A stretch of DNA of 64,000 nt from Mytilus trossulus (Eukaryota): contig NC_086380.1 in the NCBI RefSeq assembly GCF_036588685.1, positions 6,882,001 through 6,946,000 of the forward strand. The letters are read 5' to 3'. A program made the translations under genes and the position numbers. Shown here piece after piece: positions 49,701-63,700 of the stretch. The notes beneath the pieces are model-generated. The model was not told where the DNA came from, did no database searches, and was given only the letters and a program-made list of their open reading frames with translations. The number at the start of each line of letters is the position of its first letter. Positions within the stretch are counted from its first letter, which is position 1.

Positions 49701-52700
49701 TTGTTACAATATCCTTCAGGATCCAAGCTCAGAGCTCCTGATGTTCTCTGTTACAATCGACTAATCACTCAGGGTAGTGAATAGTTGTAAAATACATATT
49801 AATTTGTATGTCAAATATATATTAAATAATATCACTTAGTATGACTATTCATATGTTTTCTAATAGTTGCTAAAAAATTACTTTTAATTTTCAAACATAC
49901 TCTTCTATTTAACTCATTGAGAAAGAGTGAGAAAAGATTGACATTTTTCGTCAGATATGTAATAGGTTTTGTAAATTGAAAAACCAACAATTGTTAAAAA
50001 ATAGATAAAGTCAAAATATTCTTCGTCAGAAGTTTTATATCCAAATACCAAGTGTCGTAGTTTTATCTTAAACATTATTTTACTGTTCTTCATCTATGTA
50101 TTACCATTATGATTTTAGTGTTTTACCTAACAGTGCCATAAAAGCGGGAGGTTTGGCTAGCCACAAAACACACCATTCCCCCCCCCTGAAAATGTCCTGT
50201 ACCAAGTCAGAAAAATGCTTATTATTATATTATAGTTCGTTTCTGTGTGTATTTCATTTTAGTGTTGTGTTTCTGTTGTGTCGTAGTTTTTTCATATTTG
50301 GTGTGTTTCCTTCAGTTTTAGTTTAAAACCCGGATTTGTACTTTTTTCTCAGTCAATTTATAAATTTCGAACAGCGGTGTACTTCTGTTGCCTTTATTCG
50401 CTATGTTTCTAAACAAAATTTGTTTAAATGTTTAGTTATTTGGGTTTTTTTTTGTGTTCTTTCAAACACCATTATAGTTCTTATTATTATCAGATCGGTC
50501 TAGTCTTAAAAGTAATAACTAAAAACGTACTGCATAAATAAAACATGTATATGAAATTATGATTCTTATTTTCTCTCATCAAAGGAAATCTTTTAATATC
50601 AGGTAAGGTCTTCTACATCCTCGCCTGATAACTGTTGGGTTAAATTCTAAAAGTTTCTGTTGAAGGCGTATCTGGTAAATTTCTTCGAACAAACATATTA
50701 TCAATAGTGTTATTATCTTTTCTAAAATTTATATCAACAGCTTACAGTTCACTTTTTGTCGTTAAAACAGAAACTATACAGACAAAACATACGACAACAA
50801 ACCTTTAAAAACATTATATCACAATTACGAAGATGGCTCATCTTAAATATCGCCTTTTCAGAATCTGAAGGACTATTGGTAATCTCATTGTTCGTACACC
50901 AAAATGAAAATAACGTTACATCATTGGTTGAATTTTAATTGTTTGGAACATTTCTAACCAATCACTACATGTTGGCGTACGCTTGTGAAAATATTACCCA
51001 TAATGCATTAGATTTGAAACGGCAAATTCAGCAGTTAAAAACGGCATATCACACTTTCCTAAAATAGTGACAATTATTTGGTCCGCATTACAAATTTGCT
51101 TAATCTATAATTTGAGACTTGAAATAGCTTAACCTTAAGGTAAACATAGAATGCTCCAGTTTTTGACATTTCTTGAAGTGGAAAATAGTTTTAAACCGTC
51201 AGCACTAAAACTTAGTCTGGTTGACCCTATGTTTGGTGCATTAATTTAACAAGGTATTATATCTGTGTAGTACGTACTACTGTTATCGGCATGACAAATA
51301 CTATTAATGGTTTTAATACAAAATTGCTGTACTTTTATCAATATTAAGGAAATATCTTCAGTTTTATTAAAACGTGATTTACAAATAGTGAGAGAGTAAC
51401 GGTACCTCGAAAGAAATAAGTGGCTGAATTTTTAGTATCTTATTTGATAAAAAGTTGGTCCTGTTAAAGTTAAAACATATTTGTCATTCGATGTATCTAG
51501 ATTGCTCAAAATAATGAATAGTACAGTTTTTTTTCAGTTTCAGTATAGGTCTAATACAAAAAATCTAGCAGTGTGAATAACAATATCGGATTTGTTGCTA
51601 ATTTTCTCGATATTGTTAAAGTAAGAGTGTCATCATCTGCAGTCATTTGATTTAATGTAATGATTCTTGTACACGGTATATCGTAACTTAAATATTAATC
51701 TTTGTGGTTGTTGTTGCTATATCATACAACCATTGAAAAGAAGATAAATGCAAACTGGCAAAAGACTAAATAAAGTTCTTGTAACGCCTACGCATAGAGT
51801 ATCTATCTCCCACTTGAAACAGTTGTCCATACCGTGTTTTTAAACCATTGTTCCCATTAGAAGTTTTGTTGCTTCTAAGAAAGTGTTGGGGGATCATGCT
51901 GGTTTTAGTAAAGTCGTCTCTTTGAATTAGTTACACACAACATGCATGATCATAATTTGTATTGCGTCAGTGGAATAAGTAAGTGTAAAGCAATTCTACC
52001 GAGAAAAGAGATATCCTGCAATCTGTCATCCTTCATATATATTATAGTTTAAGCCCTGTTCACAACGAACCAACGACACATCTATGCAGAGCCACGGCAT
52101 GACATTTGGTCAAATCGCGGGGATCTGTGATCGTCGTACGATAGTCGCACGATATGTTTAAGCATCGGGGCGGTGTCGTGTATCGTGGGACGAAAATTGA
52201 ACATGCACCTTTTTTGCTCTACGATTTAGTGATCAGTTTAAGGCCAATCGACATTAAAAGATAGAATCGATTTCATACATAGCATTATACTTGGTATACT
52301 TCGCAAAACTTATATTTGAATTGCAATAGAGTTGTCTTTCTTTAAGCACACATTCGTGTTATCTTGCTAAGTGAAAATTTTAATGAATGTTTTTTCCTAA
52401 ACGACGAAATTATCGTTTTGAATTTTTTTATTTGTTTCTTTGTTCCTGAATTCTCTGTATGTCAATAGATCTTCTAACATCTTAGTTTTGTATTCGCCAA
52501 AATTAAATCTTTCAAATATATATTTTGGCTTTCTCAGTTTCTATCCGAACAAATCTTGTTCAAAAACTATTTAGATTCGCACAGAACACCTTCTAAGGAA
52601 GATGAGCTACTCAGGTTCATTAGAGCTTAATCTTCATGTCCTGCTCGTCTTTTCTGGTGGTTTTATCGGCGTGTGCCAAGACACAACGGATGTGAAAACC

Positions 52701-53044
52701 AAATTACATAGATATGAAGTACAAATAGTATTCATGTTGAAATTTAAACTAAGTTTGATATCAATATAATGAAAAGTAGAGTTGGTATGGAAAAAGTTGT
52801 CAAACAAAAACTGTAATCTGCAGGTTCTGGTGAACATTTTGGGATTAGCAGTAGGAAATCCTAACACAGGTTAACTTCTAAGATATTAAGTTGGTCAAGC
52901 CCCCAAAGGAGGGAAGAGGGCATTAAAAGGATTTAGACTGCATCTAATGATGATGTGTGGATTTTTAAGTCCGGCTATCCTGTCTGGATATTACGGACTG
53001 TAGTAACCTATCTTATAGACTGGAGTCTGTTGGTCTTCTTGCCT

Positions 53045-53848
53045 TCATTTACTCCGACTTCGTTGGTGTTGCTGGTACGGAGTATCAGATCGTGCCGCTA
53101 GTATGGCTAATTGTATTCTCTTTTTGGATTGTTCAGTGATGACAGGCGATGTGTGTGGTGGTGTGCATAGTATGTCTGGGTAGTCGATGTCGAACCGTCT
53201 TCAAAATCGATCCTACTGCGCTTGCCTCTGTCATTGGTGGAGGTGTAAAATACCAGGTGGTGGCAGGTCTTGTTGGGGTTGTAGGGACTGGTGACAATAT
53301 CCCTATTGACTACAACCCCAACTGGTTCCCCTTTGTACTTAGTTAGTGTTAGTGCATGTCCAGCTACGCTGTCTCTTGCCTCAGTTTGTGTGATGGTGGT
53401 TTGTTGGACTTGGTCAGTAGGTACCACGGCTGTTTTGGTTTGCCATCCACTGGTCAAAGCGATTTGCGTCTCTTCTCCTGGTGGATGTTGGCTTACTCTT
53501 CAGGGCCGGCTTGGATTTACTAGAGCATGCCTCTGGTTCCTTAGCCTTTGTCTTGGTCCACGTCAACTGTACTGCCACCTGGTCAGAACTTGACGAGATA
53601 ATAAACGAAGAAAAACGCCTGCATCTAAAACCAACGGATCATTATATATAATGGTTTTCATAACCATGCATTTTTTCCATTGAAGGCTTTGATTTACTAG
53701 AGGATGCCTCTTTTTCCTTAGCCTTTGTCTTTGTCCACGTCAATTGTACTGACACCTGGTCAGAACTTGCCGAGAACTTTCAGGCAGGTTCTTTTCAAGT
53801 CAACTTCATGGCGGCTAACAAAGCGCTCAATTCATCGAGTATTTCCAT
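53045..53848 (-). pseudogene. Decayed intronless ORF of unknown family (probably mobile-element-derived), partly duplicated
   Basis: MEILDELSALLAAMKLT*KEPA*KFSASSDQVSVQLTWTKTKAKE... / ...SKPALKSKPTSTRRRDANRFDQWMA / KTAVVPTDQVQQ... / FDIDYPDILCTPP...RSRSK*. GC-richer than flanks, with stops and frameshifts; 53510-53593 is repeated at 53690-53773. Confidence 0.55.
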
Positions 53849-55250
53849 GATGATTTTTACAAAAAGTGAGTAGTGTTAATGAAGCAGTGATCAGTACGAG
53901 TACTTCAAACGCGAATAAAAACGCCTGCATCTAAAATCAACGGATCATTTTATATAATGGTTTTCCATTGAAGGGACCAAAAAACTTTAATTTTGTAACA
54001 CTACAATTTGAAATTAGCTGTGAGTTTGATAAATATAGATTGAACATGATTATCATGCGGACTATATTACTAGTACTAGACTCAAAAAATAAGAATCTGT
54101 TTGATATCAGATTACCTGCCGTTTGCTGCATGTACACTGTATCAATTTCTAATCATATGCATTATGTGGGTTTTAATTTACATTTTTGTCACTTGCATTA
54201 AGTTTCAATCAGGTAGATTACACCTGTTCATCTGTTTTGCGGTAATTGATTTAATTGCAATCTTGTATTATAGTCTTCTTTGGCAATGTAAATGTTATAA
54301 GTGTCATATTGACCGTAAGAACAATTCATATTTGCTGTTGTCATTGTTTACTAAATTAAAAATGTGGATTTTATATATTACGTGTTTAATATTGTTTTTA
54401 ATGGCATAGTCCTTAACTTTCAATGGTGCGCTGGTAGCGTGCACATTATTTTACAATCTGAGAAACTGTCCTTTTCAGTGCACCAGTGACTTGCAGGAGA
54501 AAACCTTTATGACTGACTGTCAATGATGTTGGCTTTCATGTTGACGGCTCATTAAGCATGTCTTGTAGAAGGTTACGGATTTTAAAAGTAAACAACTCTC
54601 TACACAGATAATTTTGTTCAGTCAATTTTGATGTACATCAATTCCGATGAATACAAACTTTATACATGTACCGGTAAAGATACAAATATTTCGTTCTTTT
54701 TATAAAAGCTATATATTAAATGAAGTCGATGAGACGCAAAATATTAAAACTGTACATAAATGTGAAAAATGAATATATTTGTTTTTTCCATAAGCAGACG
54801 GATAGTTTTTGTCGTTTGAATTGATTCACATTTGGTCTATATCTTTTACAGCTGACTATAGATATAATTTGCTCATTACTGCATCCTGGACGATGGTCTG
54901 CAATGGCTTAAATTAACGTCATTTAGAAAAGTTGTTTCATTGGCAATCCAACCACATTGCCTTATTTCATACTATTAAACATACAAGATAAAATTGATGT
55001 TGCACACAACTTTTAATGTATTTCTTCTCTCCCTTCCATAGAATGTGTTTCTGGATACCATATACACCGTACCATTAGGAAATTTATCCAATAGTGATTA
55101 CAAACCCATTTTATCTGATAATTTCAAGATAATTTGTAAACGTAAAATATTCATCCCAGACAATGCATATGCAAATGTTTTATTATATAAAAAAATCAAA
55201 ATAAAAACGTCATCCACAAAAAAAAATCCACTCTAATGTTTTAGTTAATT

Positions 55251-55570
55251 TTATCCTATTGGTGGTGGAGCCTTTGTAGTTATCGTTCCTTGTGACACCT
55301 GCTGTTCTGTGATTGGTTGAGGCGTTTTGATATCATGAGGTGTAGGTGGCGCTTTTGTGGTGAACGGAGGAGGGGAATTTGTCGTATATAGTACAGTTGT
55401 AGGTGGTGCCGTGGGTGTTGCAAAACTATTAAGAATTAGCCGTTTTCTAATATTCGAACCATGTAATTTGTGTTCGCAGTTCACTCCAACAAATGACTGT
55501 TTGCAATCACAATGATAACTTCCGGGTGTATTCACGCATGCTCCTCTCTCACCACAAGGACTTGGGTTAA
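55251..55570 (-). CDS. Secreted EGF-domain protein, exon 3 (cbEGF + Pro/Thr-rich tail)
   Basis: tttcag|(V)NPSPCGERGACVNTPGSYHCDCKQSFVGVNCE...PTAPPTT...TTKAPPPIG*. CxNxxGSYxCxC signature; the three exons total 495 nt, i.e. 164 aa plus stop. Confidence 0.85.
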
Positions 55571-56156
55571 CTGAAATGTAGACAAGTAAAATATGTGAAA
55601 AAAATTGGGGTTGAATAAAAAAATTACAAAAAAAGTATAATTCAACCAACATCACCAATTAATATATTAAACATAAATTACAAAGATCGTGATTGGTATG
55701 CAATACCTACTCTAATATAATATTCAAATAGCCAATGCCTGAATTTCGTGCCATATAAAAAATTTGTGCAAGTTTGCTAGAATTCTTCGCTCGGTTTTTA
55801 AAATGTTGTTGAATATGCAAAGCAGGAAATTTATAAGATTCGTAGACTGAAAGCAGTCTTGTTCTGTGTCATTTTGGTCTCTTGTGGACAGTTGTCTCAT
55901 TGGCAATCATACCACATCTTCTTTTTTATATTGGTTGTTTTATCCAATATGACAACTTTTGAAATGAAATACTAGGATATCACACTCGGCGTTTAACAAA
56001 CACATGGACATATTTTGTTTTGTTCTAGATTGATGGCATTTCATCTATATACAATGTATATGTATATCTGATGCTTACTTATTCAATGATTTTGCATGAT
56101 ATACTATTGATAAATGTTTGTGTTTACTGAAACTGTAATTAACTGCTAAAATATAC

Positions 56157-56276
56157 CTCTGCTACATTCGTCAACATCAATAGAACAGTCACTTCCGGTC
56201 CATCCATGATGGCAGATACAAACATTTAACACGCTTACTCCATTGTTACATTGTTTTCCTCCAATAACTGTAAGTC
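56157..56276 (-). CDS. Secreted EGF-domain protein, exon 2
   Basis: ggacag|(G)LTVIGGKQCNNGVSVLNVCICHHGWTGSDCSIDVDECSR|gtatat, 120 nt, phase 1-1. CxCxxGWTGxDC plus the DVDEC calcium-binding EGF start. Confidence 0.85.
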
Positions 56277-57129
56277 CTGTCCAAAAATAATGAAAACTGC
56301 ATGTTATGATATTAGATAAATCTATAAATTCCCGATCGGAGGACATGTCGCATTCAGAAACAAAAGAGATAATACATGTAAACACAAGCAGAGGCCCAGT
56401 AATTGACAAGGATTCATTCCGTCTTTAAGGTAAGGAAAAGTTCTTTCTATTCTAAAAGTTTATCCAGAATAGCTTCCTAAAACCTCTGGACCAGTTGCTG
56501 GTAGCTGCGTTTTATCCTATTTAAATGAGAAGATGTGGTATGAGTACGAATGAGATAACTCTCCATCCAGGTCACAATGTATAAAAAGTATACAATTATA
56601 GATCAAAGAATGGTTTTCTACTACAATAGATCTACACAGTTATACGGTTTTGGACCACTTTACGTAAGAACAGGTATGATCTTCATATAATCTACGTCTA
56701 TTAAAAAGTAGGACATGATAAATGAATAAATAAATAATTTGGTACAAGAAGTTATTGTGTATGTAGATTACCCATTGTAGTATTGGTGACTTCGTGTTCT
56801 TAGACAAGACATTCAAAATATTGATGTTTCCATTACAAAATTTTCAAATAGAAAATGGCTTTAAAGAATCACTTATCTTAAACGATAACCATAAGTTCGC
56901 GCGTATAAATCTATTAGTAACACGTTTAAACCCTGAGTGAAAAATAAGCACTGATTTCCTTTAATAGAACGATCTCTTATTTGGGAACCTCAAATTTGAC
57001 TGTAATGACGTATTGGTTCTCATGATGAACATGAATGAAATGCTTCTCGAAGGAAATTTTACCAAGATTATCATTCAATATAAAACTTTCTGAACATTGA
57101 AATTACACTGAAACAGTTTGTAAAAATAC

Positions 57130-57184
57130 CTGAACAATTCGCAACAAAAATAAAAGATCCAACCATTAATATAAGTCTATCCAT
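57130..57184 (-). CDS. Secreted EGF-domain protein, exon 1 (signal peptide)
   Basis: MDRLILMVGSFIFVANCS(G)|gtattt, 55 nt, phase 1 fits the acceptor at 56277. Not in the ORF track. Confidence 0.7.
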
Positions 57185-59216
57185 GTCTATAAATCTGAGT
57201 TATTATGACGCCAGTAGTTATCTTATCTCGTTAGGGGATTGTACGGACCGTATAGTTCCAGGTCATTTACGTAATCATGACTTTATTCAATTGGAATTTG
57301 GTGACTATAATCGGTGTTCAATGTACTTCTGCATTTTATCCAAAATATAAAAATAAAAATTATACGCTTTTAAAAAAGTCGTTTTGTTTACACTAACGGC
57401 AACAATCGTATAGGCGAGACACGGGATTCTCTGTAACCCCTTACATTTTATTCCTAAGTATTTGAGCTTGTTCATATTGGTGCTCTGTTCACGTTCAGTG
57501 ACAAATATTTCATAATTATTGGACAAGAATAATTTTCAAGTATATCGAACGGATGTTACGAATTGAGAAGAAGAATGACCGTGGCAGATCAAGAAATATT
57601 CATAAGAGGGGCTGAATTAATGCCTAGATCCCCTGTATCCCCTTCAATTCGCCTCTGGACGAGGCTGGTTCTCTCCCTGGTACCATAAGTTAATCAGTCT
57701 GTTAGAGCCAAACAAGAAGGACAGAAAACCCGTCTAAGAAAAGGGACACTTTCGTAAGAAAACCCGTTTTATTTGGGAGACCACTGACAGCAGCTATCGT
57801 AGACGATACACAGGGTTCTGTGTAACACCTTACAATCTAGAGAATCCAGAGACCAAGTGACATAGTTTACAGCTATATCTCATCGACAGCCTTCAACAAT
57901 GAGCAAAACCCATACTGCATATTCAGTTATCAAAAGGGCTTGAAATGACATTTGTAAAACAATTCAAACGAGTAAAAAAACGCTTTTATTTATGTACAAA
58001 ACAATGAACGAAAACAAATATTATACACAGCAACAAACGATAACTAATGTATTACAGGCTCCTGACTTGGGACAAGCATACATAATGTGGCGGGGTTTAA
58101 CATGTTTGAAGGCGACAACATCCCTTACCTGGGATAACGATGCAACAAAATAACACAATAACAAACTACACAATAAACAAAGAACACACACATATATATA
58201 TATGAGAAACAGCAATAAACGACGACCACGCAAATGCAGACTCCTGACTTTGGACAAGCACATATACAGCACATATACATATAGAATGTGGCGGGGTTAA
58301 ACTAGCTTGTTGGGGCCAAACCCACCCCTAACCTAGTATAGGGGTGTAACAGTACAACAGAAGACCAAGCTATCAAAATAACAAACCCTGTCGTATTTGT
58401 TTGACTAAAGTTACACCGACAGCTACCATGATTACTACTAGTACGCTATTTCATTTAAAAGTATTTAGTAAGGATTTTTATCATATAAGGTGAAAATTAT
58501 CGAAATGTGAAATCAGTTTTATTTATCTTTTGATTTAATCAACAACCTTATCATATATATTTCGTCCTAATTTCTCGATCATATATATCATTACGCTTAA
58601 TGAAACAGATACTGGTAGGCTCCTTGACATTCTCCACAATATGTAGGTGCACTTTCAAGCCCAAGTAACTTGACGGTTAAAATTTTATTTCCTTACGAAA
58701 AAATTTCACTTGACTTTATTTAATTTTACATTTATACACAAATGTCAACAGTGCCTAATGTAAAGGGACTAAAGGGAGATCATTAGAAGTCTTTTATTAA
58801 TTTCTTTTCCAGAATCACAAGTTATTCATTTGTCTTAAGTCTTAAAAGATTTTAAATATTTTCAGATTCGAATGAAACGGGTACAGCTATATAATAAATG
58901 TATCAAATAATTAACGAGCAATATGAAAAGAAGCCGACACCTTTTAATTGAAATAATTACATGCCTCAAATGATAATACAGAATTTTTTAAAGTACAACA
59001 ATTTTCAAATATCTTTTTAAATATCTCGAGACAACTTTGCATTACAACAATGCAAAACATAAACAAGTAAAATTCATAAATGATTATGTGGACAGATTCC
59101 TCAAAATGGCCTATGGTAGTTAAGGGTTCACTGTAATAAAAAAACATGAGTTATATTGCGTACAAGAATAGTTATATTACATGCATTTCTTACCCGCAAT
59201 TATATTACATCTGAAA

Positions 59217-59374
59217 CAGAGGCGGATTTAGGGGGGGCAAGGGACCCGAGCCCCCCCTTTTTTGGGAAAAAAGTGGCTGCTTATATAGGGAATCACTGAA
59301 GCTGGACTGGACCGGGCCCCCTCTTATGTCAGTCAGTGGGCCCCCACTTATGAAAAATCCTAGATCCGCCACTG
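59217..59374. mobile_element. GC-rich MITE, same family as 3868-4045 (degenerate relative at ~57580-57658)
   Basis: CAGAGGCGGATTTAG...TAGATCCGCCACTG with TSD TGAAA on both sides. Confidence 0.85.
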
Positions 59375-60599
59375 TGAAACACTGTAGGTCAACAATCAAT
59401 CAAATCATGATGGCATCGGTAAAACTTTCGAGGAGAACTACTAACTTTACTATTAAGAACTCATGGACCAAAGTCTTCCTTCAAATGAGCAAGTCAATTG
59501 GAGTAGACTAGTCAACAAAAGAAACGATACAAGGCAATGTATTTTCCGGATAAAATGACATTAAATAGACTGTATCAAATAAATAACTGATCAATTGGTC
59601 TAATATTTGCAGAGTGTTGTTTTCTTATAAAAAAATCATTTTTTAACGGAAAGAAAATAATATGAAATTGTATTTCCAAAATCTTGTTTCTCCCAAAACT
59701 TCAAAAATTGATATTAGAATTTAAAATTTTAAACTTTTAAAACATGGTCTGCATAAAATTGTGATTGTCTTTACAGACATTTGAATACTGAATTATCATC
59801 TTGAAATTTTTGCCAACTTTTTTCATAATTTTCCTCTAAATAAATTTCATCGCTGTGTTCACTAAAACGGTATTTTCTCACTTTCCAATTTGTTCAGATT
59901 CTTTTCATCGTGTGCATTTGATTTACAAATGAATGTTTGTCATTGGATAATTCAGAAACATATATAAGATATAAGATATACTGTTCCCATGATAATTTAA
60001 CAGTTTTTACTATTTATTATATTCTATGGGAAACTGGAGTTTAAACTTGTTTATCGTTACTTTTGTTGACTAGTATATAAAACAAACAAAAAACAATAAA
60101 TAATTTTCAATAATAAAATTACATTAACGGTTAATAAAAAAATGTTCAAATTAGTTAAGATATTTACTGGAATAGCCATACCTCAATTTGACATCGTTTT
60201 ACTGATTTGTAAAATGCACGTTTTGATCTTAAATGACTGGGGACAAATATGATCGAAATTAGTGACATGCCACCATGATAAAATTTTATCAATAGAATAT
60301 TTTACTGTTTAATTATGGCAATTATTGGAAATTTTTATAGATGACCTCTATGTCAACTCAATATTAATGTTCACCTTTATATTTGTGAATTCGCTTTATC
60401 ATCAGACATTAAAACATCTGTTGACATTGGAGTTTTAAAATTTAATATCATTCATCCAGATATCAGACTGGTTCTATATCTGACCATAAAAAGGCAACAA
60501 ATCAATATCGGGCACTTCTTCTTATGGAGTGAACATGTCAAAGTTGGTTTGATATGTACGTTTAAACTTTAAACATATATATTATTTGTCTAAATAACC

Positions 60600-60745
60600 G
60601 AACAACGGTGTTAGATCTGTTAATTTGCGGAAGCAAATGTTTTGTTCTTCCCTGGCCTGGATTCGAACTCATGCTACTGAGATTTCGTGGTACCAAATAG
60701 CCTTGCACTATACCCGACGCGTTAGACCACTTGACCACCTATGCT
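60600..60745 (-). mobile_element. tRNA-like SINE head / tRNA pseudogene
   Basis: Minus strand: GGTGGTCAAGTGGTCTAACGCG (A box) and GAGTTCGAATCC (B box); no proper acceptor stem. Confidence 0.55.
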
Positions 60746-63700
60746 CTACAACAGTAAAGCTTATGGTGGCCGGGTGTTACCTTTCTTTATTAGTTTTTAT
60801 CTAGCATCGTAACACAGTACATGCTTTAGGAGGCATGAAGATGGAATTTTATATATACTGATGTCCCACATACCGGACCAATCAACACGATAGAAAATAG
60901 TGTACAACTTGAAGCACTTAATAAATCAAGTACAATATTCGACATTCAGCTCTTTGATAACATGATTTATAAAGCAACTAAGTGTAGGTTATTTCCTTTG
61001 ATAAATGTTTGCTTTGGAATAAAAGACAGATTAGTTAAATTGGTGATCAAGTTTTTGATCAACATTTGAGTCTTTCATATTTTGATTATTTTTTTTTGTG
61101 GTTTTTCTTTTGTTGTTGTTTTCTTCGCCTTTTGTACTTGACTTAGTGATGCACTTCTTTTTTTCTCTGTGCGTTATTATTTTCAGGCATTTAACGTGCG
61201 TTATGGCATGCACATGTGGAATCGATCTGACCTACATTGAAAATGTAGTCGCGGATGTTTGAGTGTGGGACGGCATTGATTTGGCATCAAGCGAAAATGT
61301 TCAACCGTCTTAGCTTTCTTTAGGTACATTTAGCATAAAAAATAATTGCCAGTGACAGCATCGAGCAAAGCCCATACCGCAAAGTCCGCTATAAAAGGCC
61401 CCAAAATGACAAACGAGAAAACTGACGGCCTGGTATATGTACAAAAAAAAAAATTATTGGTTTACTTATTAAGATTTGCTGAACTCCACTGATTGTGTTT
61501 AAGGTTCCATAAATGGTAAGTTTTTTCCCGTAGATGTATTTTTTCAGTTATTTATAAAATGGAGAAAAGAACCCTGCATTGCGTTCTTTGCACCAAATAT
61601 CTATACAGAGTTCATTCTCAGTTCAGAAGGTGGTGTGTCCTGATTTGTGTCAGATATTTCAGTGCATTGATACTGTTATTTAATCTGCTGGGGGTATTGT
61701 TGGTTTTATCGACCTGCATCTGTAACAATTGCATAGTTGTTTTATTCTTCAATACAATAAAATATAAAAAAAACAAACTAAAACAGTGAACCGGAATACA
61801 TTCAGTTCTCAGAATAGAAATTAATTCAGTTTGGTTTTAACATTATCTTATTTGCTAAAAAAAAGAAAAGAGGATTAGACACTTATGAAGTCTTCTCCAT
61901 AATACAATATAAAATTACAATACTAGTATAATTTAATGGACATGCGTGTAAAGCGAACAGTTTATAAATATTAATACAAGCTATCATGGGTATAAAAAAG
62001 GAAGAGAGAGAGTAAGTGGGTCAGTGAGGAAAAAAAATTAGAAAAGGTAACTTTGAAAAGTCATAAAATCCTATGATGATAAAACATTTAATTCAGTGAG
62101 ATATGTCAATTATAAATTAACTTAGATTTATATTGTGTGGTAAAAGGACTGCGTTTTTGCAAGGACATTTTGAATAAAACTTATATGTATTGGCATAATG
62201 ATTTAAAAAAAACAGGAAAAAAAATTAATTTATTGACACCAAAAACCAAATAAATTTACACATTTTTTTTTGTTTTTTTTTACTTTTGTTATGAGGAATT
62301 TATTTATTTTTCTAAACACCTACTTTCGCCCTTGAACTCTTTATAACTTTCTAACTTATGCTAGACAACATTTAAAAAGGATTTAATTGTTATTAGAGTA
62401 AATAAGAAACGTAAGATTGCCTATACTATTACAACCGATCATTCTTCTACACAATAGTTTTATTTATTCACAAATTAATTGTACGATTTACTATATAATT
62501 TAAATGGAAAGGGATTGACAGAAGAAGATACAATTTACAGAACGTACGAATGTAAAGTTCAAAAAATAGGATGTACACTAGGGCTTGTTTACACCTTGTA
62601 CTCGTGTATTCATGTTGTTCGGTGTGAGTCAAGGCTCTGTGTTGAAGGCCGTACCTTGACCTATAATGATTTACTTTTATAAATTGTTATTTAGATGGAG
62701 AGTTGTCTCATTGGCACGCATACCACATCTTTCTATACCTATTGTCAGATTCGTGAGAATATGTCCACAGAAAACAAGTCAAATGGTTTATATCTAAATA
62801 GAATATAGACTTTTGTAGATATAATTTCATTTTTCGTACACCAAACGTAATATAACGTTACTTTTTTTACGATTGTTGTACACCAATCGCAATATTTTGG
62901 TGTACGCTAACAGAATTTTCCCAAAAAAACCTCGTCAAATGGAATTTTCTTTCACAGATCTAGAACTGTCATTCTTTCTAACAGCTATGAGTAGAGTATT
63001 TTACTCTATTAGTCCATTTTTTTTGCATAAGATACTTTATGACGTAAATATAAAAACAACAAAAATATTAATAAGATCTTCAAATAGCGAGAAAATCCCG
63101 CACCCTACATGTAGTAGTACTTCAGTAATAATGGACCTCATACTAAACTCCGAAATACACAATTATGAACTAGAATAAAAAAAAATATCCAGAGGCTCCT
63201 GACTTCAGACAGGCGCAAAGTTTTCGGTGGGGTTGACATGTTTTGTGTGATCTCAATCCTCCCCATATATCTCTAGCCAATGTAGAATAACAAACACACA
63301 GCAACACACACAGTAAATCTCAATTTTAAAGAAGTCCGAGGTCTGACATACCAGCTCCTGACCTCAAATGGGTTGGTTGAAAGATTATGACTTCATCGCA
63401 TGAATATCAAGCACAATATCTCCCGTTATGTGTGTAGTATACCATCATAACATATATATAAGAAGATCATATTCCGTGTCATAACAACCACTGGTTTTAA
63501 AATAAATGGGTATATCTCAGATGCAAAGAAACAATAGTGTGTATCAATTAGCTACATGTACATAAAATCACTACGCCAAAGGTAAATAACAATTATATAT
63601 TATGCTTCTTTTATTGCTGTTCTTTATCTCAAAGTTACAAGGAATACTTCCGCATGCGCATAAGAGAAAAAAAAAGTTACCACACTGCATGTTCAAATGG

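Noticed and set aside
52069-52215. Possible PIF/Harbinger-like element end (AGCCCTGTTCACA...)
   Set aside because: Only one end is visible, with no partner TIR or TSD.
53149-53593. Plus-strand ORFs 53149-53346 and 53291-53593
   Set aside because: Antisense shadows of the decayed minus-strand ORF.
56277-56418. In-frame or alternative-frame hydrophobic leader for the EGF gene (MSITGPLL.. / MNPCQLLGLC..)
   Set aside because: The first uses a TTG start and the second stops before the EGF region. A clean acceptor at 56277 and a phase-matched signal exon at 57130-57184 fit better.
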